Positions 1-7,616 of a DNA stretch of 11,161 bases are shown piece after piece (the stretch's first letter is position 1; the number at the start of each line of letters is the position of its first letter). The notes under the pieces are model-generated. The model saw only the letters and a program-made list of their open reading frames with translations. It had not been told where the DNA came from and made no database searches. The position numbers were made by a program, and so were the translations under genes. The stretch is taken from NCBI GenBank assembly GCA_039588295.1, contig JBDHAB010000072.1:1-11161 (forward strand). Direction: 5' to 3'. This DNA is from Gemmatimonadota bacterium (lineage in GTDB: Bacteria; Gemmatimonadota; Gemmatimonadetes; Gemmatimonadales; GWC2-71-9).

Positions 1-2
1 AG

Positions 3-68
3 GGCGATACCCTCATCCTCAACAACGAGGGAATGCTCTTCGCCTACGTGAGACGCCCGGAACGCTGA
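3..68 (+). CDS. 3' end of a CDS entering from the left (hypothetical protein, partial)
   Basis: Frame 3 reads GDTLILNNEGMLFAYVRRPER* with mostly G/C third positions and stops at TGA 66-68. Too short to assign a family. Confidence 0.4.
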   Translation, partial: GDTLILNNEGMLFAYVRRPER

Positions 69-147
69 CACTCGGTCTCCTGCTGGAGGCGGCGAGTGTA
101 CGCTCGGTGCCGCCCGGGGTTTGACGAGCGCAGTCGGCAGCTCACCG

Positions 148-180
148 AGCCCCGAGGGTCACGCGGCGTTCGGGGCTTTC
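148..180. repeat. 33-bp hairpin repeat, copy 1 (terminator-like)
   Basis: AGCCCCGA...TCGGGGCT inverted arms followed by TTC. 28/33 identical to 579-611 in direct orientation (counted by hand). Confidence 0.65.
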
Positions 181-241
181 GGTTGCGCGTCGAGCGGCTG
201 AAGGGTGCCGGTGACAAGCCGCGCCTCAAGCTCGTGCGGTG

Positions 242-276
242 AAAAGGGGGTGCCGGTCAGTCTTGCCGGTCCCTTT
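242..276 (-). terminator. possible weak intrinsic terminator of the Zn-ribbon ORF
   Basis: Minus strand directly after TAG(281-279): GGG-A-CCGG-loop-CCGG-CACC-CCC-TTTT, a bulged stem with a short U tract. Confidence 0.3.
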
Positions 277-278
277 GC

Positions 279-524
279 CTACTCCCCATTTCTTCTGGTC
301 CAGCGGCTCCCGGATACTTCCGTAATGAACGTGACCCGGCGGCATCCATCACAGCGGACGTGCCATACCGGTCTCCGCGTTCCGCCCCTGGCAACTGGGC
401 CGTGAACGATAAGGGGACTACTGCACTGCGGGCACCGAGCCTTCGCGCCCGTCCCGAGGGCCTCCCGGATCTCACGAACCTCTTCGCGGGAGAAGGCGAC
501 AGATGTATGCGGTCCATCGGGCAC
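279..524 (-). CDS. small Zn-ribbon-like protein (CPQC...CDGC)
   Basis: Two CxxC pairs after a helical segment (FSREEVREIREAL). Start placed at GTG 524 because the longer call (593) runs through the repeat/hairpin block. Start uncertain. Confidence 0.5.
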   Translation of the reverse strand: MPDGPHTSVAFSREEVREIREALGTGAKARCPQCSSPLIVHGPVARGGTRRPVWHVRCDGCRRVTFITEVSGSRWTRRNGE

Positions 525-574
525 GATATGAATGTCTACTGCGGATGCCGTGGTCACAATGGTGGTCACAAAGC

Positions 575-612
575 AGAAAGCCCCGAGCGTCACACGGCGC
601 TCAGGGTTTTCT
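575..612. terminator. hairpin repeat copy 2; bidirectional terminator-like
   Basis: AGAAAGCCCCGAGCG (575-589) pairs imperfectly with CGCTCAGGGTTTTCT (598-612). T-rich flanks on both strands. Confidence 0.55.
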
Positions 613-650
613 TCTCCATATCACAAATCTGTGGTGTGCGAAAAGTGTGC

Positions 651-780
651 GAACTCAGCCAAACTGAGCTCAACTCAGAGCAACTCAGCCAAAGAACGCG
701 CCTCTGTAACTGCTTACGGAGCAATACGTAACCGCACTCAGGCGAACTCAGCCGAACTCAGAAAAACTCGCTCAGAGCAA
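651..780 (+). repeat. 10-bp-phased AACTCAG repeats in two blocks of four
   Basis: Block 1: AACTCAG 652, AACTGAG 662, AACTCAG 672, AACTCAG 682. Block 2: CACTCAG 735, AACTCAG 745, AACTCAG 755, AACTCGC 765. Confidence 0.85.
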
Positions 781-806
781 ATGGGGTTCAGGGGGTCGTG
801 GGTTCG
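781..806 (+). pseudogene. tRNA-Pro(GGG) fragment: anticodon loop to T-loop only, not a functional tRNA
   Basis: Parses as ATGGGGT (anticodon loop, GGG) TCAGG (3' anticodon stem) GGGTC (variable loop) GTGGG (5' T stem) TTCG (T loop start). The 5' half, 3' T stem and acceptor stem are absent. Confidence 0.7.
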
Positions 807-911
807 CACTACCTCTTCTTGCAGGGACAAGTCTGCGGTCGCAGGTTGGGCAAGGACTGTTGGGCGGCACCGGGCAGATCCTACACAGGCCGATGTTTCT
901 GAGGAAACACC

Positions 912-1283
912 ATGAAACGCTTGCCGCTGATTCTCATTCTCGCGTCCCTCTGGCTTCCATCTTCAGGCACAGCTCAGACAGACGCCGACACCTAGGCAAT
1001 TCGCGAGACAGTGCTCGATTACATTGAGGACTGGTGGACCGGAGACGTCGAGCGGATGGAGCGCAGCCTCCACCCAGATCTCGTGAAGCGCATTATGGTT
1101 ACCCGCGAGGGTACGGGTCGGAGCTTGATGAACTCCTTTACCAAGACGGACATGATTGAGTACCGGACAATCGCCCGGAAGATGCTCCGCATTTTGCAGC
1201 GCGGGGCCATCCTGCGAGAGTCGCTCGCAACTCTGACAGCGGGGAAGGTCAAACTGACATATCACCCAAGGAGAATCCAATGA
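912..1283 (+). pseudogene. secreted NTF2-like / putative lumazine-binding family protein, disrupted
   Basis: SD GAGGA at 901-905, ATG 912, signal peptide MKRLPLILILASLWLPSSGTAQ, then in-frame TAG at 993-995. The same frame continues AIRETVLDYIEDWWTGDVERMERSLHPDLVKR, typical of this family. Resemblance appears to end near 1163 (MIEY). Confidence 0.65.
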
Positions 1284-1885
1284 AACGTGCAGTGGTACTC
1301 CCGGTATCACTCTTGATGGTGCTGGCGCTCAGTACCCCGGTAGGTCGTGATCTTTCCATGGTCGAGGCCAAGAGCGCGCTCGATGAGCAAGCGCCGACTG
1401 CGGCGAGTCAGACCGGCGATCACGAGCTTGCCCGACTGCTGGTCAAGCTCGAAAGGCGGACACGAGCTGTGATCGCCGGGCACTACGTCGCCGCGGACGG
1501 GAACCACCGGGACTGGATGGCCAGAAGCGTCCTCCTACCGGCTGCGGTCGCTGATAAGGTCTTCCACAATGTCGTCCCGGAGGCCACCAACGGCCGGGCG
1601 TGGGTCAAGATGGTCGTCGATGCGCCGCGCAACCCACACAACCAAGGTGATGCGGCCGCAAACGATCTGCTCCAGGCACTCCGGAACGGAGAGACCGGTG
1701 TGGAAAGGTTGACGCCGCACGCGTACTACTACGCGGAACCGATCAAAGCCGCGAAGACCTGCCTCGTGTGTCACGGTGAGCCGGCTGGGCAGCCCGACCC
1801 GTACTTCCCACAGTACAAGAAGAACGGTTGGGTTGAGGGGCAGATCGTCGGGGCCGTCGTCGCCCGCGTCGCCCCGGCACCGTAG
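1280..1885 (+). CDS. DUF3365 / Tll0287-like monoheme c-type cytochrome, exported
   Basis: SD AGGAG upstream, N-terminal signal/hydrophobic segment, RNPHN motif, and YYYAEPI...CLVCHG...GWVEGQIVGAV matching the family pattern. One CxxCH. Confidence 0.85.
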   Translation: MKRAVVLPVSLLMVLALSTPVGRDLSMVEAKSALDEQAPTAASQTGDHELARLLVKLERRTRAVIAGHYVAADGNHRDWMARSVLLPAAVADKVFHNVVPEATNGRAWVKMVVDAPRNPHNQGDAAANDLLQALRNGETGVERLTPHAYYYAEPIKAAKTCLVCHGEPAGQPDPYFPQYKKNGWVEGQIVGAVVARVAPAP

Positions 1886-2117
1886 CAACGGAGAACCCTC
1901 GCGGCAGGTTGGCCCACGCGCTCCAACTCTGCTTCGGCGCGGGTGCGGCTCGATGAGCGGTGGGAAGCGTGGCCCTGCGAGGCGTGTGGGATTGTGGCGG
2001 TGTCTAGGACATAGGCACACCGCCCGGTGCCGGGCCGGGCGCTCGGTGTCCCGGTCTCAGTAGACGACCACGACCCTGTACTCGATCGGTATGCCGGGAG
2101 TGTCGTGGTTCGAGGGG

Positions 2118-2309
2118 ATGTCCTCCATTCCCACCACCAGCGACCCTCCCGACTCCTCAAACCACCAAGAGCCGTTCCCGTCTATACTCCCGTCACCGTC
2201 TGTGATCACTGTCCATCGATTGGTCGAGGCCTCCTTGGCGTACAGCGCGCACCGCGAGAGGCAACGTGCCGAGGCCGATCAGGACCAGGAAGAGCCGGTG
2301 CGCAAATGA
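2118..2309 (+). CDS. possible small hypothetical protein (63 aa)
   Basis: Lies in a 500-bp gap. Pro/Ser-rich N-terminus plus a helical charged C-terminus (HRLVEASLAYSAHRERQRAE). No motif; start could also be 2091. Confidence 0.25.
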   Translation: MSSIPTTSDPPDSSNHQEPFPSILPSPSVITVHRLVEASLAYSAHRERQRAEADQDQEEPVRK

Positions 2310-2385
2310 CAAGAGTATCGGGGCGGTCAGTCTTCAGTCTTCGGTTCTCGGTCTCCTGGGGAAAGACCATCGTCGCCCCAAAATC

Positions 2386-2955
2386 TCAACCCGCTGCGTT
2401 GAGCAACCCCTCGACGAGTTTGACCAGCGACCCGAATGCCGTGTGAATCTGCGCCGGTACGACACGGACCGGCGGCGGACACCGGAAGAGCCGGTTCCTG
2501 TACGCCGTGAGGAGCAGCTGCTGCTCCTGGTCCTTTTCTGAGAGGGTAATCCCGACGGCCTCCTGAGCGGTCGCTCGCGATCGGCGACACGAGAACCTGC
2601 GATCCTCCCACCCCCGGTGCATCCCGGGGCTCACGCACTCCAAATCCTCACCACTCAGTAAGTCGATCGCGTCGACAAACTGCAGGACATTGGGAACGTT
2701 GACGCCGTCCCGGTGCGGGTCAACGTCCGGCGACGGCATGCTCAGTTGCACTTGGATGGTCGCGGGGAAGCGATCCTTGACGGGTTGCAGCAAGTGAATC
2801 ACCAGGATCTCGGCGGCATGGAGTCCAAGGTCGAGCGATGCACAGAGCGCCACTAGGTCGTCAGGTGACGACTCGTGCGCCTCCACCGCCCCCTGCCAGA
2901 GACGCCTCGCTTCGTCTTCGGGTCCGAGATCGATGACATCGGCCTTCTGTGTCAT
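2386..2955 (-). CDS. hypothetical cytoplasmic protein, last gene of the nap cluster (189 aa)
   Basis: ATG at 2955 lies 1 nt after the napB stop and is preceded by GGAGGGG. Globular helical composition, no signal peptide or CxxCH. The longer call (3090) overlaps napB. Confidence 0.75.
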   Translation of the reverse strand: MTQKADVIDLGPEDEARRLWQGAVEAHESSPDDLVALCASLDLGLHAAEILVIHLLQPVKDRFPATIQVQLSMPSPDVDPHRDGVNVPNVLQFVDAIDLLSGEDLECVSPGMHRGWEDRRFSCRRSRATAQEAVGITLSEKDQEQQLLLTAYRNRLFRCPPPVRVVPAQIHTAFGSLVKLVEGLLNAAG

Positions 2956-2956
2956 A

Positions 2957-3547
2957 TCACTGCCCCTCCAACCCTTCGCCCAGCGCGCTCTCGAAACCAT
3001 CGGGCGAGGTGATCGGAATGTGACACTGCTGGCAGCGCCAACGCTCCGGATGAGACGTGCGGATCTCCTCCCGCGCGCCGGGGCCATCATGACACGCGTT
3101 GCAGTTCTCGCGCATGAGCACCCGGTGCGGGAGCGTGGGCGGTGCGCCCGGCGTCGCGCGGCTACCGGCCCGCAGATCCTGCCCGAGGCCTACGAAGCCG
3201 CTCGCAACGAACACGTCACTCGCGGTCGTGAACACGTGGCATTGGCGGCACCGGGTGGTGCTTCCCGCCTTCGCCGTGTTCTCGTGCGGGGAGGCAGGCG
3301 CAAACCCCACTCCCGTCACCGACTGGCCTTGGGCGTTGTGACAGGCGGTGCACGACCCGCCAAAGGACTCGTGTGGGATGGTCGGTGGGGCACCATCATA
3401 CGCCCGTCGTTCGGCGCGCGCGGCGGCTCCGGACTTGACTGCACCTTCCCTACCGGGAACGGGAACCGTGTCTCCGCCACACGCAGCAGCCACGAGTGTG
3501 GCAGCAAGCGCTGAGACGGTCAGACGCGTTCGAGGCGGACCGCACAT
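2957..3547 (-). CDS. napB: NapB-family cytochrome c subunit, tetraheme (internal duplication), probable lipoprotein
   Basis: RAYDGAPPTIPH and RATPGAPPTLPH NapB-type motifs. Four CxxCH: CTACH, CRQCH, CNACH, CQQCH. Signal peptide ending LVAAA-C. Directly downstream of napA; start codon overlaps napA and is somewhat uncertain. Confidence 0.88.
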   Translation of the reverse strand: MCGPPRTRLTVSALAATLVAAACGGDTVPVPGREGAVKSGAAARAERRAYDGAPPTIPHESFGGSCTACHNAQGQSVTGVGFAPASPHENTAKAGSTTRCRQCHVFTTASDVFVASGFVGLGQDLRAGSRATPGAPPTLPHRVLMRENCNACHDGPGAREEIRTSHPERWRCQQCHIPITSPDGFESALGEGLEGQ

Positions 3548-5895
3548 TTCTTAAAGTCCGGTTGCTTGCTGATGTTGTCCATGGCGTCGAGCGTGAGCTC
3601 GTTGGCCAACCGCCCCTCGTCGAAGAATGGAATGAACACGGAGCCTTGGGGTGGCTTACCGCGCCCGTCCACCAGAGCTGGCAGCTCGAGGCTGCCCCGT
3701 CGGCTCACCACGCGGACCATCTGGCCCGACGTGATGCTCAGCCGTTGCGCGTCGGCACGGTTCACCTCCACGTACCCTTCCGTCACCGCTTGGTGCAGTT
3801 GCTTGACGCGCCGCGTCATCGAACCCGTATGCCAATGCTCAAGCACCCGCCCGGTACAGAGCCAGAACGGGTACTCGTTATCCGGCGACTCGGAGGGCGG
3901 ATGCCACGGTCTCAGCCAGAACGCCGCCCGCTCTCCGTAGCCCTTCGCCTTGTAGAAATGGACGCCGCGGTCCTTCTGCACGTACGGATCGTGATCGGCG
4001 CTGTAGCGGTACCGCGTCTCCACGCCATTCACGACCGGCCACAACAAGCCCCGCGTCTCCTTGAGCTGCTGATAGGCTGCGACATCCTTGCCGAGCCCAA
4101 TCGTGAACTGCCGGTACTCCTCGTACATGGGCTCGTGCCAGTTGTCCTCGGGCCACGGAAAGAGATGTCCCATGCCCATGCGCTTGGCGACCTCGACCAT
4201 CTGCCAAGCGTCCTCGGTGGCTTCACCAGGCGGATCGACGGCCTTCTCCCAGTGCTGGGTGCGCCGCTCAGAGTTTCCGAACACGCCCTCGCGCTCGACC
4301 CATGCCGCTGAAGGCAACACGAGGTCGGCCGCTTCGGTCGTCGGCGTCGGGTAGATGTCGCTCACGATGAGGAAGCGTCCATCGCCAGGCTCGCGCTGAA
4401 TCCGATTGAGGTTCGGGATGCTGACCCACGGATTCGTCGTCTGCGTCCACATCACCTTCACATCGCCACGCATGAAGGCGCGAAACATGTCCATCGTGTG
4501 GTAGCCCGGCCGTGACGGGATCGTGCCCTCGGACAGACCCCAGATCTCCTCGGCCTTTGCACGGTGCTCGGCATTGGTCACCACCATGTCCGCCGGGAGC
4601 CGGTGCGCCAGTGTGCCAACCTCCCGCACCGTGCCGCACGCCGAAGGCTGACCGGTCAAGCTGAACGGATTGGCGCCGGGACGACTGATCTTTCCAGTGA
4701 TCAGATGCAAGTCCGTAATGAGGTTGTTCATCCAGGTGCCGCGGGTGTGTTGATTCACTCCCATGCACCACAGGCTCACCGTTCCCCGCCCCATATCCCC
4801 GTAGATGTCGGCCAACGCGTGCAGTTGCTGCACTGGGACACCCGAGATCTCGCTCACCCGCTCCGGCGTGTAGTCGTCGAGGAAACGCTCCAGCTCGGCG
4901 AGCGATGAGTCACGTCCCTGGTCCCGGAAGGCATACCGCTCGGCAGGCCCCGCCGACGGATCGGTCGCGAGGCCATCCTCACCCCAGCAGCCGTATCCGA
5001 TGCGCGAGAGATCTTCGATGCCGCGCTTGAACACGACGTTCTCCCGCACAAACGCGGTATTGACCTTCCCGTTCCGCAGCAGCAGATGGAGAATGCCGTT
5101 TGCCAGCGCCAGATCGCTTCCCGGCACAAACTCCACATACATGTCCGCGTAGTCCGTAGACGGGGTGCGACGCGTCGCGATGTCGATGAGGCGCACGCCC
5201 GGGTTGTCGCGCTTGTTGGCGAGAATGCGGGAGAACAGCACCGGGTGCATCTCCGCCATGTTGTTGCCCCATAGCACGAAGTCGTCCCCGGCCTCGAAGT
5301 CCTCGTAACACCCCATGGGCTCGTCGCTCTGAAACTGCGTCATGAAGCCCGTCACGGCCGATGCCATGCACAGTCGAGCGTTGGGCTCGACGTTGTTGCT
5401 CCTGAGACCGCCGCGGAACCACTTTGACGCGGCATATCCGTCGAACACGGTCCACTGGCCGGAGCCGTAGATCGCCACTGACTCCGGGCCTTGCTGCTCG
5501 AGCGCTTCCTGGTATTTCGAGGCGATGAGGTCGAGGGCCTCATCCCAGGAGATCCGTCTCCATCCGCGCCCGTCGCGGAGCATGGGATACATCAGGCGGT
5601 CCCCACCGTAGAGCATTCCCGGTAGATGGTAGCCTTTCACACACAAGAGCCCGCGGCTCACCGGGCTCTTGGGATCACCGCGTACGGCCATGACACGGTT
5701 GTCCTTCACACCCACCTCGACACCGCACCCCGTTCCGCAATAGCGGCACGGAGCCTTCGTCCACGTGAGGTCGAGGTCTGTGAGCGGGTCAGCACTACTT
5801 TGCAGACGCTGTGCCTCGTCACGGTCGAAGCACGAGAAGGCGGCGACGCCGGCAGCTGATGCGCCAAGTGTCTTCACAAAGTTCCTTCGCCTCAT
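3520..5895 (-). CDS. napA: periplasmic nitrate reductase catalytic subunit NapA (Mo-bisPGD, 4Fe-4S)
   Basis: Tat motif MRRRNFVK, CRYCGTGC...LCVKG 4Fe-4S motif, YGSGQWT, NARLCMASA (Mo-ligating Cys), SDEPMGCYED, LTGQPSACGT, TGRVLEHWHTGSMT, SKQPDFKKCAV. Start set at ATG 5895, after the hao stop at 5918. Confidence 0.96.
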   Translation of the reverse strand: MRRRNFVKTLGASAAGVAAFSCFDRDEAQRLQSSADPLTDLDLTWTKAPCRYCGTGCGVEVGVKDNRVMAVRGDPKSPVSRGLLCVKGYHLPGMLYGGDRLMYPMLRDGRGWRRISWDEALDLIASKYQEALEQQGPESVAIYGSGQWTVFDGYAASKWFRGGLRSNNVEPNARLCMASAVTGFMTQFQSDEPMGCYEDFEAGDDFVLWGNNMAEMHPVLFSRILANKRDNPGVRLIDIATRRTPSTDYADMYVEFVPGSDLALANGILHLLLRNGKVNTAFVRENVVFKRGIEDLSRIGYGCWGEDGLATDPSAGPAERYAFRDQGRDSSLAELERFLDDYTPERVSEISGVPVQQLHALADIYGDMGRGTVSLWCMGVNQHTRGTWMNNLITDLHLITGKISRPGANPFSLTGQPSACGTVREVGTLAHRLPADMVVTNAEHRAKAEEIWGLSEGTIPSRPGYHTMDMFRAFMRGDVKVMWTQTTNPWVSIPNLNRIQREPGDGRFLIVSDIYPTPTTEAADLVLPSAAWVEREGVFGNSERRTQHWEKAVDPPGEATEDAWQMVEVAKRMGMGHLFPWPEDNWHEPMYEEYRQFTIGLGKDVAAYQQLKETRGLLWPVVNGVETRYRYSADHDPYVQKDRGVHFYKAKGYGERAAFWLRPWHPPSESPDNEYPFWLCTGRVLEHWHTGSMTRRVKQLHQAVTEGYVEVNRADAQRLSITSGQMVRVVSRRGSLELPALVDGRGKPPQGSVFIPFFDEGRLANELTLDAMDNISKQPDFKKCAVRLERV

Positions 5896-5917
5896 GACCG
5901 CTCTACCGATCTTCCCG

Positions 5918-7549
5918 TCACCGTCCATAGCGACGCTCCATCTCCTGGCGGATTCGCTCGGCCTGCGCTTCGGCTCCTTCTTCAAACCACGCGTGCTCGG
6001 GCCGAGCGAGGATCCCATTCACGACGGTTTCCACCGCCTGCGCAGCCGAGCGCCTGCCCTCGTCACGCGCGTGCTGGATTGCTTCGCGGGCCTGCGGGAT
6101 CAGTTCCATGTAGAACCGCTCGGCCACCTCATACATCCCATGCCAATGGGTGTAATCAGGGGCCATCATCGCAGCGCCGTGGCGCGCCCGCCGACCCTCA
6201 TGGTGCCACAGGTAGAACCAGGTCCACTCGATTTCCTCATCGAAGTTCGTGGGCGTGCGCATCTCGTTGGAGAGCAACGCCCCCATGATTGCCAGCCCCG
6301 GCTTGGCGAACTTCTCATTGTAGAGGAGGACCAAGTCGTCGTACTGCCGGTAAAACGAGTTGACGTAGTCGTCGGTATGGCAGTGTGAGCACACTTCTTT
6401 CATACGGTCGCGCTTCTGCTCGGCCATGTCGTGGATTAGGGACCGCCGCGTCTCTGGATCCTGCTCGGTGACGATGTCGTGGTTCACGTCGGTATCCATC
6501 ACCAAACTCACGACGGGACGGTTCGTCCACGAAATGCGCTCTCCTGGATCGTGCGTGATCCGGCGACCGTTGCGGATGTTGCCCGACATGTGGCAGCTAG
6601 CACACGTGGGCGCGGCGGCGTAATCGACGCCCAGCACCCAGCTCTCGGCATCCAGGCTCAGGTCGTCCTTGAGATCCCGGTATGCGATCCCGTGCTTCGA
6701 CTCCTCGTAGATCTCCTTTTGCGGATGATCCGGTCCCAGGTGGCACTTGCCGCAGTTCTCCGGTTGGCGGGCCCGCCGCGGTGAGAAGTCGTGCCGGCTG
6801 TGGCACGCAGTGCAGGAACCGCGCGCGCCGTCGAGGTTGAGTCGCCCAATCCCGGTGTTCGGCCACGTGCCAGCATACAGTGCCGGGCGACCGTTCTCGT
6901 CCCGCACGATCCTGCTCACAGCATCTAGATTCGTCGGCCGCCCATCCTCGTCAGGCTGCAGGTCATCAACGGTGATTGTCCCACCGTCCGTCGATTCCAG
7001 CGCGACCTTGGAACCGTGACACTGCTGGCAACCCGAGAACGCACTGGCAGACCCGTTCACCATGTCCACCACCTTGCCCGGCGTCGGCGAGTGCGGGTTG
7101 AACGCCACACGCGCTCCCTCGACCGTCTCGGCCAAAAAGTTGTCGAGCGATGCGAGGATGTTGCCCGCTGCAGCGTGGTGGCTCGCAGCGAACTCCATTG
7201 CCTCGTGGTCATGGCAGCGGGAGCAGTCGAGAGGCGTGACGATCGTCGCGATCTGCACACCGTGGTGCAGGTAGCTGTCGGCCTCATCGAGTGCGGCCTG
7301 GTGGCACTCGAGGCACCCCACGCCCTTCTCGCCATGCGCACTGCCTTCCCAGTGCGCGACAATGCCCGGGTTCTCCTCGGCGTGGCACTCCACGCACTCC
7401 CGCGATTCGGATGGAATGGAGATGTGCGGCGCCCGGAGACCGGCCTCCTCTGCCTTCCGCGCCGTCTCCATCCACTGGACGAGAACCAGGGACAGGAGGA
7501 AGAGGCCGCCGAGTGCAGCGATGATAATGCGCTTTGTCTCGAGAGTCAT
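5918..7549 (-). CDS. hao: octaheme cytochrome c, hydroxylamine oxidoreductase family, reductive epsilon-Hao-like type, N-terminal membrane anchor
   Basis: Eight CxxCH: CVECH, CLECH, CSRCH, CQQCH, CTACH, CGKCH, CASCH, CSHCH. Also WPNTGIGR, CHSRHDFS, CHLGPDHPQKEIYEESKHG and WHHEGRRARHGAAMMAPDYTHWHG. SD GAGG before ATG. Confidence 0.92.
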   Translation of the reverse strand: MTLETKRIIIAALGGLFLLSLVLVQWMETARKAEEAGLRAPHISIPSESRECVECHAEENPGIVAHWEGSAHGEKGVGCLECHQAALDEADSYLHHGVQIATIVTPLDCSRCHDHEAMEFAASHHAAAGNILASLDNFLAETVEGARVAFNPHSPTPGKVVDMVNGSASAFSGCQQCHGSKVALESTDGGTITVDDLQPDEDGRPTNLDAVSRIVRDENGRPALYAGTWPNTGIGRLNLDGARGSCTACHSRHDFSPRRARQPENCGKCHLGPDHPQKEIYEESKHGIAYRDLKDDLSLDAESWVLGVDYAAAPTCASCHMSGNIRNGRRITHDPGERISWTNRPVVSLVMDTDVNHDIVTEQDPETRRSLIHDMAEQKRDRMKEVCSHCHTDDYVNSFYRQYDDLVLLYNEKFAKPGLAIMGALLSNEMRTPTNFDEEIEWTWFYLWHHEGRRARHGAAMMAPDYTHWHGMYEVAERFYMELIPQAREAIQHARDEGRRSAAQAVETVVNGILARPEHAWFEEGAEAQAERIRQEMERRYGR

Positions 7550-7616
7550 CGATTGCCTCTATGCATGCGATCTCGCTTGTTCGTTCTCATTTGCTCACAC
7601 AAGGCACTGTGCCCGA

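Larger units (their letters stand above)
550..806. mobile_element. attachment-site remnant of a tRNA-Pro-targeting integrative element (no integrase in window)
   Basis: Direct-repeat pairs GTGGTCACAA (550-559, 562-571) and GTGTGCGAA (634-642, 645-653), two blocks of 10-bp-phased AACTCAG repeats, and a tRNA fragment starting at the anticodon loop. Confidence 0.6.

Noticed and set aside
651..780. CRISPR array or plasmid iterons
   Set aside because: Units are 7-10 bp with no unique spacers, and no cas or rep gene is nearby. The adjacent tRNA fragment favours an att site.
781..806. Functional tRNA gene
   Set aside because: No acceptor stem, D arm, 5' anticodon stem or 3' T stem can be formed from the flanks.
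532..915. 127-aa plus-strand ORF and overlapping 360-731 ORF
   Set aside because: They run across the repeat/att/tRNA-fragment block and have no protein-like features.
993..995. In-frame TAG as pyrrolysine or programmed readthrough
   Set aside because: It falls in a linker after the signal peptide, the gene also looks truncated, and no pyl genes are visible. A nonsense mutation is simpler.
1996..2024. Hairpin GGCGGTGT...ACACCGCC between convergent genes
   Set aside because: No U tract on either strand, single copy, and 8-bp GC stems arise by chance at this GC content.
5896..6018. Longer N-terminus of napA from the ORF track
   Set aside because: Overlaps the hao 3' end. The Tat motif directly after ATG 5895 defines the likely start.
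5918..7549. Evidence for nitrification or anammox
   Set aside because: No cross-linking Tyr, no amo/cycAB/hzs genes in the window, and the context is reductive (napAB).
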